Positions 12,806 through 26,252 of a DNA stretch of 64,000 bases are shown piece after piece (positions within the stretch are counted from its first letter, which is position 1; the number at the start of each line of letters is the position of its first letter). A program made the translations under genes and the position numbers. Location: NCBI RefSeq assembly GCF_009914755.1, contig NC_060931.1. One strand, written 5' to 3'. Under the pieces are notes generated by a model. The model made no database searches. It worked only from the letters and a program-made list of their open reading frames with translations, and was not told the origin of the DNA. The stretch is from the human T2T-CHM13v2.0 reference genome, Homo sapiens.

Positions 12806-13432
12806 GGAGACAGAGAGAGAGAGATTCAGCCTCTTTCCATGATACATAGAAAACCTTAACGTATATTTACCTTACCTTCAGGGCATCCAGCAAAAGATCT
12901 AGATGATATTGTTTCCAAATCTCTACATGGTTCAGAAACTGCAGGATCATCTTTGTATATGACCTCAACCATGGACCTCAATAAAAGAATTGCTCAAGGA
13001 AAAGTTATATTGAGCTCTTCATCTTTCTGACATGGAATAAACTGAGAAGACCAGCCAATATAATCTGTCATAATTTTATTTTATTCTTTCTGTGTTTCAA
13101 TAAACGTAATTCTGTATGTGCTTGTATTCTGAAATTACATGCTCCTAGACAGTGTGGCCAATTTCTAAATATAGTACAATAACTAAGATCTTCCCATTTT
13201 ATTAATGATACTAAGTTTTTGTTCCTGAAACTCAAAAAACTTTCAGATGTTTGCTTCTCTAGTTAGTCACAGCCTTTATTTGCTTAGCTAAGTCATACTA
13301 TGAACATATATCATATGAATAATTTGAACAAGTTGTAAGCTGCTTTGGAATTTTCAGGTAGGAAGACACAATTTAACCTCTTCTGATTTCTTAAGTATTG
13401 CTTTTAAGGAGATTAAATTACCATGCAATAAA

Positions 13433-16400
13433 GGTGATGGTAGCAAGATGGAAGAATAGGAAGCCCTGGACTCTCCTTCCCCACAAACATACAGATTTAA
13501 TACCAACACAGGAATCAATTTTTGTTTGTAAGACACCCAGAAACTCGTTGAATAGCTCCTTAACCCTTGGCAAGTGCAAATCCAGCCACATTGAAACAAG
13601 CAGGAAAAGGGGAGCTACATTCTTGCTATCCCTAGCACAGTGCCATATAATGAAGAGGGAACCTCCAGCTACCTACTTCTCAGTGAAGAGTGAAGAAATA
13701 GGACAGCACATCTAGCATCCCAACTTTTCTGACTTCTACCCAAGGGAGTGCCTTCTACTTGCCTGTCTGGGATAGCTGTCAGGTCCAGCATACACTAGTC
13801 CCTGGGGTCTACAGAGAATAAACAGAGGTTTGAACATGAATGCAGGCACTTGCCATGGCTCCTCTCCCTAGGTTAGTGTAGAGCAAGCAGGAGGAAACAA
13901 ATAAGCAAATAAAAACACACTTCTAAGTAGTATGGCCTACCATACAACTAGTTGCCACAGCCCCTCCCCTCAACTGAGGGATAAAACAAACAAACAGTAA
14001 AAAACACCCAGTTTCCTGCTTCTATCTATGCAGGGAAAGAGTTGAACAAGCATCCAACGGTACAACCTTTGGGGGCTTCCCAAGAAAATGGCTTCCAAAG
14101 AAAATGAGTCTTGCTTGTCTCAGAGCACTGAAATGACCCAGCATTCTCTAGATGCCTAGGGGGTGCTAAGAACAAAGAAAACTGTCAGAATAGTCAAAAG
14201 TTTGAGAGGCTTCCAAAATCTATGACTGGGATGATTGGTGAAGGTCTTCTCCTATATGGAGCTAGTCCACAAAGATTAAAAGAGGTGGCTGTTTTGTCTA
14301 ATATGAAGATATCAACATAGAGAACCAAGGTAAATTTAAAAACAGGGAAATATGTTTCAAACAAAGAAACAAAATAAATTTACAAATATCAACCCTAATG
14401 AAATGGAGATATATGATGTGCCTGACAGAGAATTCAAAGTAACTGTCACTCAGATCAGGAAAATAATGTATCCGCAAAGTGAGAAATTAAACAAAGTGAT
14501 ATAGAAAATATCAAACAGAAATGACAGAACTGAAAAATACAATAAGTGAACTGAAAAATTCACTGGGGGGGCGTTCAGTAGAATATTAGATCAAGCAGAA
14601 AAAAGGATCAATAAACTCAGACAGGTCATTAAGAATCATTTGGTCAGAGGAACAAAAAGAAAAACAAATGAAAAATAGTGAAAACAGTTTAAGGGATTTA
14701 TGGGACACCATTACATAAACCAATTTATGCATTATGGGAGTCCCAGAAGGAGAAGACAAAAATAATCAGAAAGCTATTGAAAGAAATAATGACTGAAAAC
14801 CTCCCAAAACTGGGAAAGAAAATGTTCATTCAAATTCAGGAAGCCCAAAAACTCCAAATAAAATGAACCCCTAAAAGTCTACACAGGGACACATTATAAT
14901 CAATTGTCAAAGACAAATATGGAATTTCAAAGTAGCAAGAGAAAAGTGACTTGCTCACATACAAGGGAATCTCTGTAATACTATTAGTGGATTTTTAGCA
15001 GAAGCAGGCCAGAAGGGCGTCAGATGACGTATTTAAAGTGATGAAAGAACGAAAAAACTGTGAAACAAGAATACTTGTTTCTTGCATTCTTAAAGAAGAG
15101 ATAAAGACATTGCTAGACAAACCAAAGCTGCAGGAGGTCATCACCATTAGGCCTACCTTATAAAAAATGCTAAACAGATTTCTTTAACATGAAATTAAAG
15201 GACACTAAACAGCAAACAATAGCATAAAAAAGTATAACATTTGTTGGTAAATGTAAATATATAGACAAATACAGAATACTTTATTACTGTAACAGTGGTG
15301 GGTAAATCACTTTCAATTCTAGTATAAAAGTCAAAAAGACAAAAACGTTAAGCATAACTATAACTAAAAAATATATTTATGGAAACAATATAAATATATG
15401 CAAATTTTGACAATATAAAGTATACATGTGGTGAAAATAAAAGTATAGAGTTTTTATAGGTGATTGATGTTAATTTAGTTCTTAGCTTAAAATAGACTGT
15501 TATAAAATATTTTATCTAAATTCTGTAATAACCACAAAAATGCATATGGAAGTTACACGAAAGTAAAACAAAAAAATCAAAGCATATCAATACAAAGAAA
15601 CAACAAAATACAACAGAAATTAGCAAGAGAGGAAAAGAGGAACAAATGAACAATAAGACAAACAGAAAACAATGAACAAAATGGTAACAGTAAATCCTTT
15701 CCTACTAATAATTACTTTAAATGTAAGTTAATTAAATTCCCAGTCAAAAGACATAGAGTGGCTAAATGAATTTAAATAAAAAAAGATCCAACTATTTATT
15801 GTCTACAAGAGATTTACTTTAGATTATAGAACACACTTGGCTGAAAATAAAGAGATGCAAAAAGATATTCCATGCAAATGGTAACCAGAAAAGATTAGGG
15901 ATGGCTGTCCTTATCAGACAAAATAAATCTAAATTCCAAAACTGTCACAAGAGAAATGGAAGGACATGTAATGATAAAAAGGTCAGTCCCTCAGGAAGAT
16001 ACAGCAATTATAAATATAAAGCATCTATATATGTAAAGCAAAATGACAAACTGAAGAAAGAAACAGACGGCAATATAATAATAATACAAAACCTTAATAC
16101 CCCTCTTTCAATTATAGATAGAACCACAATTTCAATTACAATTTCAATTATAGACACAATATCAACAAAGAAACAGTAGACCTGAGCAACTATCAAATGG
16201 ACCTAACAGACATATACAGAATATTCAATCCAACAACAGCAGAATACACATATTTCTTAAGTTGCACATGGAAGATTTTTCAGTATAGAAAGTATGAAGG
16301 GTCACAAAACAAGTCTTAACAAATTTAAGAAGACTGAAATTATACCAGGTATCTTTTCCAACCACAATAAAATAAACTAGAAATCAATAGCAGAAAGAAA

Positions 16401-19400
16401 ACTGAAAAACTCACAAATGTGTGGAAATTAAACAACACAATTTTGAACGACCAATGGGTCCAAAAAGATATCAAAATGGATATTAAAAAGTATCTCAGCA
16501 CAAATGAAAACTAAAACAAGTAGCAGAAAAAGCTGTACTAAGTGGAAAGTTTTAGTGATAAACGCATACATTAAAAGGAAAGATCTCAAATAAACAACCT
16601 AACTCTACATCTCAAGGAACTAAGAAAAGAACAAATGAAACCCCAAATTGGCAAAAGAAAGGAAAGATAAAGATTAGAGTGGAAATAAGTGAAATAAAGA
16701 TTAGAAAAACAACAGGAAAAATCAAGGTAACTATGAGTTTTTTTTTTTTTGAGCAGATAAAATTAACAAACTTTTATCTAAACTAAATAAGATAGAAGAC
16801 TCACATAAATAAAATCAGAAATGAAAGGTGATATATTACAACTGATGCCATAGAAATAAAAAGGTTAAGAGACTAATATGAACAGTATATACTGGCAAAC
16901 TGAATAATATAGAAGAGACAGATAAATTACTAGATACATACAACCTAGGAAGACTGAATCATGAAGAAATGGAAGGTTTGAACACATCTTTAAGTAGTAA
17001 GGAGATTTAATAGGCAACCAAATACCTCCCAACAACAACAAAACCAAGACCAGATAGCTTCATTGGCAAATTCTACCAAACATTTAAAAAAGAATTAATG
17101 CCAATTCTTCTCAAGCTCTTCCAAAAAGATTGCAGGGGAGAGAACACTTTAAACCTCATTTTCTAAGTCCCTGATATCAAAGTCAGACAAAGACACCACA
17201 AGAAAAGAAAACTACAGACCAGTTTCGTGATTAACATAGATGCAAAAAACCGCTACAAAATACCAGCAAACTGAATTCGACAGCAGATCAAAAGGATCAC
17301 CCATCATGACCAAGTAGGATTCATTCCTGGGATGCAAGAATGGTTTAACATATGAGAATCAATTAATGTGATACACCACATTAATAGAATGAAAGATAAG
17401 AATCGCATAATCCTTTCAGTAGATGTAGAAAATGCATTTGATAAAATTCATTATCCTTTCACGATAAAATGCTCAGCAAACTAGAAATAGAGGGAAAGTA
17501 CCCCAACATATCAAAGGCCATATATGAAAAGCTTACAGTTAACATCATATCCAGTAGTGAAAAAGTGAAAGCTTTCCACTGACATCAGAAACAAGACAAG
17601 GATGCCCACCCTCACCACTTCTTTTCAAACGAAAAAATTAGGCAAGAAAGAGAAATAAAATTCATCCAGATTGGAAAGGAAGAAGTAAAATTGTACCTGT
17701 TGGCAGATACTATGAGGTTCTACATGGAAAACCCGAAAGGCTCTACAAAAAAACTGCCAGAACTACTAAACAAATAAGAATAGTTGCAGGATACAAAATC
17801 AACATAAAGTAATTAGTTGTCTTTCATCATACTACCTGACTTCAAACTATACTACAAGGCTACTGTAACCAAAACAGCATTGTACCGGTACCAAAAGAGA
17901 TATATAGACCAATGGAACAGAACAGAGGCCTCAGAAATAATGCCATACATCTACAACCATCTGATCTTTGACAAATCTGACAAAAACAAGCAATGAGGAA
18001 AGGATTCCCTATTTAATAAATAGTGTTGGGAAAACTGGCTAGCTATATGCAGAAAACTGAAACTGGACCCCTTCTTTATACCTTATACAAAAATTAACTC
18101 AAGATAGATTAAAGACTTAAACATAAGACCTAAAACTATAAAAACCCTAGAAGAAAACCTAGGCAATACCATTCAGGACATAGGCATGGGCAAAGACTGC
18201 ACGACTAAAACACCAAAAGCAATTGCAACAAAAGCCAAAATTGACGAATGGGGTCTAATTAAACTAAAGAGCTTCTGCACAGCAAAAGAAACTATCATCA
18301 GAGTAAACAGACAACCTACAGAATAGGAGAAAAATTTTGCAATCTATCTATCTGACAAAGGGCTAATATCCAGAATCTACAAAGAACTTAAACAAATTTA
18401 CAAGAAGAAACCAAACGACCCCATCAAAAAGTGGGCAAAGGCTATGAACAGACACTTCTCAAAAGAAGACATTTATGCAGCCAACAAACATATGAAAAAA
18501 AGCTCATCATCATTGGTCATTAGAGAAATGCAAATCAAAACCACAATGAGATACCATCTCATGCCAGTTAGAATGGCGATCAATAAAAAGTCAGGAAACA
18601 ACAGATGCTGGAGAGGATGTGGAGAAATAGGAACGCTTTTACACTGTTGGTGGGAGTGTAAATTCGTTCAACCATTCTGGAAGACAGTGTGGCAATTCCT
18701 CAAGGATCTAGAACCAGAAATACCATTTGATGCAGCAATCCCATTACTGGGTATATACCCAAAGGATTATAACTCATTCTACAATAAAGACACATGCACA
18801 CGTATGTTTATTGCAGTGCTATTCACAACAGCAAAGACTTGGAACCAACCCAAATGCCCATCAATGATAGACTGGATAAAGAAAATGTGGCACATATACA
18901 CCATGGAATACTATGAAGCCATAAAAAAGGATGAGTTCATGTCCTTTGCAGGGACATGGATGAAGCTGGAAACCAACATTCTCAGCCAACTAACACAGGA
19001 ACAGAAAACTGAACACCTCATGTTCTCACTCATAAGTGGGAGCTGAACAATGAAAACATGGACACGGAGTGGAACATCACACACCGGGGCCTGTCGGGGG
19101 GTGGGGGGCTAGGGGAGGGATAGCCTTAGGAGAAATACCTAATGCAGATGATGCATTGATGGGTGCGGCAAACCACCATGGCACACGTATACCTATGTAA
19201 CAAACCTGCACATTCTGCACATGCATCCCAGAACTTAAAATATAATAAAAAAATTATTAGTTGCCTTTCTATACACTGGTAACAAACTGAGAAAGAAGTT
19301 ACGAGAGCAATACCAATTACAATAGCATCCAAGATACTAAAATACTTAAGAATAAACCTAACTGTGGAAGTGAAAGGATTTATACACTGAAAACTATACA

Positions 19401-20577
19401 ATATTCAAAAATAAATTAAAGAAGGCACAAACAAATGGAATGGCATCCTGGGTGCACAGACTGAAAGACTTACTATTGTTAAAATACCCATACTACCCAA
19501 AGTGATCTACAGATTCAATGCAATCCCTATCAAAATCTTAATGGAATTTTTAACAGAAAGTTTTTTTTTAATTCTAAAATTCACATGGAAGCACAAAAGA
19601 TCCCAAATAGCCAAAACAACTTTGAAGAAGAAGGATAAAGCTAGAGGCATTACACTTCTTATTTCAAAATTTGTTACAAACCTCAGTAATTAAAACAGCA
19701 TTGTCCTGGCATAAAGACAGTTATACAGACCTCTGAAACAGAATATAAAGCCCAGAAGTAAATCCACAAATATTCAGTCAACTGATCTTCAAAAAGGGTG
19801 CCAAGAATACAGAACTGGGAACAGGCAGTCTCCTCAATAAATGGTGCTGGGAAAACTGGATATTTACATGCCAAAAAATTAAATTGGACCTTTATCTTAT
19901 ACCATACACAAAAATCAACTAAAAATGGATTAAAGACCTGAATTGTAAGCTCTGAAACTGTAAAACTCCTAGAAGAAAAGTTGAGGAGGGGGGAAGCTTC
20001 ATTTTCTAAATGAAGATGTTTTAAAATAAACATTGGTGTTAGCAATGATTTCTTGGACTTGACACCAAAAAGATAGGCAACAAAAGCAAAAATAGACAAG
20101 AGGAACTGCATCAAAGTAAAAAGCTTCTGCTCAGCAAAAGAAACAATCAAGAGTAAAATGCAAGCTATAGAAATGGAGAAAAGATCTGCAAACCACATGT
20201 TTGATGAGGAGTTAATTTCCAAAATATACAAAGGAACACCCAGAGCTCAATAGAAAAAATAACTAATAATCTGACTTAAAAATCGGCAATGGACTAGAAT
20301 AGACATTTCTCCAAAGACCTACAAACAACCTCAGAGAAGCAAAGAATACATAGAATGATGGATGCCAAGGGCTAGAGAGAGTTGAAAAATGACAGTTGCT
20401 AATTAATGGGTATAAAATTTCAGTTACGTAAGATGAATAGGTTCTAGAGATCTGCTGTGCCTACAGATAACAATACTGTATTGTGCAGTTCAAAATCTGT
20501 CAAAGGGTATATCTCATGTCATATGTTCTTACCGCAATAAAGTACAAAATATAAATAAAATAAAATAATTTTGAAAA
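13433..20577 (+). mobile_element. Full-length old L1 (L1MA10/L1MB-type 3' end), inactive, interrupted by an L1PA
   Basis: 5'UTR start caagatggaagaataggaag, then ORF1, ORF2 and the 3' end gttctagagatctgctgt...gttcttaccgcaataaa. A 19-bp TSD taaatt(a/g)ccatgcaataaa lies at 13414-13432 and 20578-20596. Confidence 0.92.
17826..19255 (+). mobile_element. 5'-truncated L1PA (about L1PA7) nested in the older L1
   Basis: ORF 18444..19046 is the L1 ORF2p C-terminus ([18 protein letters not shown]). L1PA 3'UTR and A tail follow. TSD attagttg(t/c)ctttc lies at 17812-17825 and 19256-19269. Confidence 0.95.
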
Positions 20578-21627
20578 TAAATTGCCATGCAATAAACAGT
20601 ACTCTGAAGTGATTACTATTGTGAGACTGTCTGCTCCACAAACATTACAAATCCCAAGGCAAAAATTGAGTGACTAATCAAAATTATCTGAAGATGTCTC
20701 AAAACATGTTCCCTGGTGCACATGGTCTTACAGAATTTTTAACAATTTAAATTTTTAATTTCTCAGAGAATTTTTAAAACCCAATTCACACCTGTTAATT
20801 AGGTTGCATTTGCCCAACTACTTAGTAAAGCACTTTGCTGCCTAATATGGTAACATCATCGAAAATCTACTGTTTGGATTTGCTCTATGTGGCATTTTGT
20901 CAATAGGTCTAACACATTTAGTCAGATCCATTTAGTTTCATTTACCATATACCAACCCTGATAGTTTAAAAGCCATCTTTACCTCCAGAGTCAATTCCAA
21001 ATCTACAATATTCAATCCTTCACTTGTCCATTTACCTCTGTAATAGATTCAAGGGTCAAATAAGATCAATGTTTCAGACACAATATTTTTAGGTCCAGAT
21101 GCAAATGTATTTAAAATGCTTATATCTTAACACTTTAACTTAAACCTGAAAATTTCAGTGAGAGAAAAACTATCCAGGTTCACTATAAATGCATGCAAAA
21201 TAGACAGTAAAGAAGGAAAGATCAGGTTTTGCTCTCATATTTACAATGAAATTTCTCACTTCCTTGTGACCACTGGTTATTCTAATGGAAATCCCTGTCA
21301 AATGCTATATAATAAAAGTTTTGATTATAAAGAAGATTGGAACTTTTGGTAGCTCTGGTTTATGATTTTATATCTATAGGTTTAAAAAGACTTCTGTAGA
21401 ATAATAAAAGCTGAAGCAGTTCACTAAAAGCGAAATGTGATTTCTGTAATGACATTTCTTTTCAAACTGATAGGAACAACATAAAAATCCCACGCTTAAA
21501 TAAATGAAAAGTTACCAACTATCTTTGATGTCAGTTTGAGGACTTTTAATAATTCTTCTCTTGCCCATGTTTCAATAACTACATGACCCCACTCAATCCT
21601 TCCCTTTATAGACACAGAGTAAAATAC

Positions 21628-21723
21628 CTTTATGTCAGGAAATTGCCCCAGGTAGGTATCCAGTGTTAGCAAGGACCCATCCACGAGTTTTTGATGGAAG
21701 TCTTCCCACAGCACATCACATTT
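21628..21723 (-). CDS. AMPH: Amphiphysin coding exon 5 (96 nt, phase 0 to 0), [32 protein letters not shown]
   Basis: Minus strand reads ttcttttag|AAATGTGAT...GACATAAAG|gtattt. Partly visible in ORF 21496..21714. Confidence 0.97.
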
Positions 21724-22184
21724 CTAAAAGAAATAAAGAGACCACTGCTGAATTATTTTAATTGGATACCTTTCACCAAACTTCTAAAAAAAATCTGAAA
21801 CTATAAAATTAGACAAGTAATACTTTCCCAGATATGAGATGCTAGGGGAAAAATGAGAATCATTTAATAATGCAATAAAATTTTAAGGCAATTTGGCCAC
21901 TGGTTCTAGTTAACAAAACAGGCTAGCTCAGAGCTCAGCTCATTAAAACTGTATTTCTGATTCTAAATTACTAAAGAATGCAGAAACTTCAAAAGATCCC
22001 CATAACCCTATAGATGGACTTTGGGGCTAAGAGACTGAGAATAATTCCACTAAGACAGTTTGCTTTTGACGCACTCCATGAAATCAGAAAAAAATCCACC
22101 ACTGAAACAAACAACAAATCATTTCTGAAGCCTCCCCAGGGAAAACAGAAAAGTTACAGTCATATTGGGAAAGGTCTTACCATT

Positions 22185-22615
22185 TATGGAGTATCAATTA
22201 TGTTAAACGTACAATGAATATTAGGTATTACTATTATTACAACTAGTATTCCTACTGTCACTATGTTAAGGCATTCTCAAAAATTGTTTTATGAGAAAAG
22301 ACTTTGTTATTTCCACAATACAGAAGAGGACACTGAAGCCCAGAGATGTCACATAACTTGGCCAAGGTTATAAAGTTGATAAATGACAGACACAGGTTTC
22401 AACTCAGATTTGTCTCCTTGAACTCAAAGCCATGATATGAAAGTCAGGAAATGACTATCACACCAGGCTGCCTCACCAGAGGACTTTTTATCCCAGCTGT
22501 GTGACTTTGGGGAACTAGACCTCCCTGAATTTCAATTCCCCCAGTTATATGAGTTGGCAATGTAAAGTGCTTCACAGAATTTCAGGCAAATAGCAGGTAC
22601 TCAAGAATGTCATCT
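22185..22615. mobile_element. Two MIR fragments (about 22185-22435 minus; about 22490-22615 plus)
   Basis: agaggacactgaagcccagag...taacttggccaagg; ctgtgtgactttgggga...tgtaaagtgctt. Confidence 0.65.
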
Positions 22616-22659
22616 TCACATTTCTCTCACTAGCACATTCCAGGTCTCTTGACACAGTC

Positions 22660-23120
22660 TGCTATTTGTCACCAATCTCTACCCTTTCTTCCTTCCTACT
22701 AACTGAACCTCCCATTTTAGCTCGGCCCTTGGCCACCTAGGATAAAGACTCCACTTCCCAGACTCCTTTGCAACCAGGTGTGGTCATGTGGCTGTGTTCT
22801 AGACAATGGGATGTACTTTCAGGAAGTGTCCTGAAAAAGAGGGAAGGAGTGGGCTGTCTTCCAGACTTCATCCTCCTTGCTAACTGGCATGCAGAAATGA
22901 GAGCTGATGGCCAGTGCTCAGAGAGTCACCTTGCCCGTGAAGGCATGCTAAAAATGGCAAACTTGGGCCCCTCATACTTGTGGGGCCAATATGCAACACC
23001 TGGACTGCCGACCTTTAAATTCCTCTATGTGACACATAAGTTTTCATCTTGTTAAAAAACACACACACACTTTTAAAATTTGCTTTTGTTTCTTTCTCAC
23101 ACTTTGAAAAGTAGTCCTAA
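22660..23120 (+). mobile_element. Old MLT1-family (ERVL-MaLR) LTR
   Basis: acttcccagactcctttgcaaccaggtgtggtcatgtggct...ttctagacaatgggatg is typical of old MLT1. Confidence 0.65.
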
Positions 23121-24540
23121 TTTTTACAAATCTCAATTCAAGAATTTCATGCAAACCAAAACATTTAAATCCACTGTTTAGAAAGGCTCAACTGCTGACG
23201 TGAGTAGACCCTCTGAACATGCAGTATTCAGTTTCTTCATCATCACAAGAGCCTATGTTTGCATCTGCAACTGAGGATTCCAAAAAACCGGGCGGCTGCA
23301 AGAACCAAGGTAGGATAACAGTCATTTCCTTTAAAAAAGAAATGGCAATAGTGACCTTTGCCACACATAGAAGGTAACATGGTGTTCTGAAAAGTTATTA
23401 ATGCAAGTTTCTATTATTTCCTTAAAAATTATTTTTTTGTGATGAATTTTTAGTTATACCACTAATTAGAAATTTACAAAGTATTTAGCAACATGATGTT
23501 GAAATACTGTGTTTTAATTGAAGAAATGTGAGAAGATGCAATTACTTAATAATTGCATCGGAAAGTAATGTGTGCGGTCTGCTTTGGCCAAATCTACATC
23601 CTGAAAGTTTTTGAAAGATGTAAAGGAGCCAACAAGTGCTTTCCTCATAAATAAATCTCTGTTAGTATCTCAGTTATAAGAAGATTATGAAGCTCAATGT
23701 CAGGGTGTCAGAATATCCATGGAGCAGCCTAGGACTCCACTGTTAACACAGGTTTTCCAAGGCTGCACAGACATTCAGTGCATCACCTATCAGACCTTCC
23801 CCTGAGCTCTGGCTGCCACATCAAATTTAGGTCATCTGTGCCTAAATGAGCTGCAATAACTCACCTGGAGTAGAGGACATGACAAACAACTGCTCTTCGT
23901 TTTAACAAAGAACTTGGATGTGAGACAATCTGTGACTGGCAGTTGTCTCACATCAGTAATCATAATATGTACCAAACACTGAGTAGGTAGAGGACATCCA
24001 CACAAAGGCAATAAGTGTCTTATTAGTAGATACATTTTTTTTTTATTTTGTAGATGAGGAAACTAAAGCCTAAGAAGATTAAAGAACTGGTCCAACGTCA
24101 CACAGCGCTACTCAGTCTCTGGTCCATTCTGCTTTCCAGAGAACAAAACCCACTTGCTCACTCCTGTCAGCCAGAAGCCTGATTTCAAGTGTTAAGACAT
24201 GTCTAGGGCCAAAGCCTTCCTGAAGTCAAATTCCTTTTCACAGTCTGACTTTGTGCTTGTCTTCGTGAAGTGAAGATTTGTGAACGGACTAGCTGGTATT
24301 AAAGTGGAATGGATGCTCTTCTGAACTCCTGTCCCTGCATTTGGGGAGGCATAGTCAATAGGGGGATTGAGATGAAGGGGTGAAGTTGGGACAACACAAA
24401 TCACACCATGATCCATGTCTGCTAGAAATGGGCTGTTAAGGCTTGTAGTGAGGACAGAAAAATGATATTGTTATTTTGCAAAAAGGAATCTTAAAACACT
24501 GCTCTCTACCCAAGTGGTTTTATGATCATCTTCACTTTTC

Positions 24541-24837
24541 TTTTATTTTCTTCGAGATGGAGTCTTGCTCTGTTGCCCAGGCTGGAGTACAGTGGTGCGA
24601 TCTTGGCTCACTGCAACCTCCACCTCCTGGGTCCAAGCAATTCTCCTGCCTCAGCTTCCTGAGTAGCTGAGATTACAGGCGTGTGCCACCATGCCCGGCT
24701 AATTTTTTTGTATTTTTAGTGGAGACGAGGTTTCACTATTTTGGCCAGGCTGATCTTGAACTCCTGACCTCAGGCAATTCACCCGCCTCGTCCTCCCAAA
24801 GTGTTGGGATTACAGGCATGAGCCACCACACCTGGCC
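24541..24837 (-). mobile_element. AluS, full length, sense to AMPH
   Basis: Dimeric Alu with a perfect 14-bp TSD catcttcacttttc at 24527-24540 and 24838-24851. Confidence 0.97.
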
Positions 24838-25011
24838 CATCTTCACTTTTCACTCTAAGTTTGGAATCATCAGGCAGCAGAACTGCACAGTGCCTTCTGA
24901 GCACACTGTCTTGCCTCATGATTAAGACTGTGAAGTGGAAAGAGCAAGTCAGGGGACAGGTGGACTGAGCAAGGGTCGTGGGAGCCTCATGGAAGCCACC
25001 CCAGCTCTTAC

Positions 25012-25106
25012 CTCACCAACCATTTTCACATCTTCCCGCCCATACCAGTCAGGCTCATAGACTTCATGCAGCGACTCTGTGAGCTTCATGGAGGCCTCCT
25101 GCATGC
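25012..25106 (-). CDS. AMPH: Amphiphysin coding exon 4 (95 nt, phase 1 to 0), (G)MQEASMKLTESLHEVYEPDWYGREDVKMVGE
   Basis: Minus strand reads ccaacactag|GCATGCAGG...GTTGGTGAG|gtaaga. It completes the Gly codon split from exon 3. Confidence 0.97.
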
Positions 25107-25684
25107 CTAGTGTTGGAGAGAAACAACTCCCGTTACACAGAAATGAGTGAGGATTCTCTTCTCCCTTCCTCCACTTTCTTAAGTGAGAGAAAAATATTGT
25201 ACTTGCTAAACATTTAAGGAAAAACTATAAAGGCACAACTGCTGCTTGTATCTGCTGTTGTATCTTTCTTTGAGGGTCTCTAAGACTTATCACATTGCAC
25301 ATTTTCTATTATTCACTTGATAATGATAGATATGGGGTCTCGGGAAAAATCAACAAGTATCCTACTCTGAAAACTACAATAATCATAATGTGTCCTATTA
25401 CGTGTGCTATCACTTGCCAAGTGGTATCAGATGCTAAGAACACTGGTCCATAAAACTGCAGAGTTCTCAAACTAAAATTAGTCCTAAATGAATTTAAATA
25501 CATGGCATAAAGCATTTTTAGAAGGGACTAGAAGTAAAAATCAATAGGATTATAGGGCATAACAGTCAAAAGTGGTTAAGTGGCCTAAAATGGTAAACAC
25601 GGTTAAAGTGGTTAAATGGTTAAGTTTTAAGTGGCCTAAAATTTTTACAAAGAACAAAGAAAAAAAGTTTGTCATTTTCCAGTA

Positions 25685-26252
25685 TAGTAAGTCCTTACTT
25701 AATGTCATCTATAGGTTCTTGCAAAGTGTGACTTTAATTGATACGATGAATAATGAAACCAATTTTACCCAAGGCTAATTCATATAAATAAGAGTTAAGT
25801 TACCAGGACATATTTTTCGTCACAGACACATCACAAAACTTCTAACTAAATGTCAAAACACTTCTAATATTGAACATTGAAATAAATGAGAGCAGTACAC
25901 ACATTTAAGGAAGATTAATAAAAACAAGTAAGATAATTATTTACTTACTTACTCCAGTTTAGGGTCATGGGTGACCAGATCCTCTCCTAGAGGCTCAGAG
26001 CACAAGATGGGAACCAGCCCTGGACAAGATGCATATCATCGCAGGGTGCACTTACAAACCCACACTCACTGACATGCCAGTAAACTTCACCTGTATATCT
26101 TTGGGACGTGGGAGGAAGTCAAAGTACCGAGAGAAAACCCAGTGTACAAATTCCATACGGACAGTGGCCCTGGCTGAGATTTTTTTTTTTTTTCTCATCA
26201 TTATTGTAACAAAATGATGTTGAATGAAACAATGCTATTTGAAGATCTGCTG
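25685..26252. mobile_element. MER82 (TcMar-Tigger) DNA transposon
   Basis: Ends tagtaagtccttacttaatgtc and ttgaagatctgctg, each flanked by TA; internal gggaaccagccctggaca. Confidence 0.85.

Noticed and set aside
18444-19046. 200-aa ORF as a novel gene
   Set aside because: It is the L1 ORF2p C-terminus inside a 5'-truncated L1PA with a TSD, and the upstream frame has stops.
24982-25099. 16/19-nt direct repeat between exon 4 (25081-25099) and the adjacent intron (24982-25000)
   Set aside because: A rough estimate gives about one such nearby match per 64 kb by chance, and the similarity does not extend.
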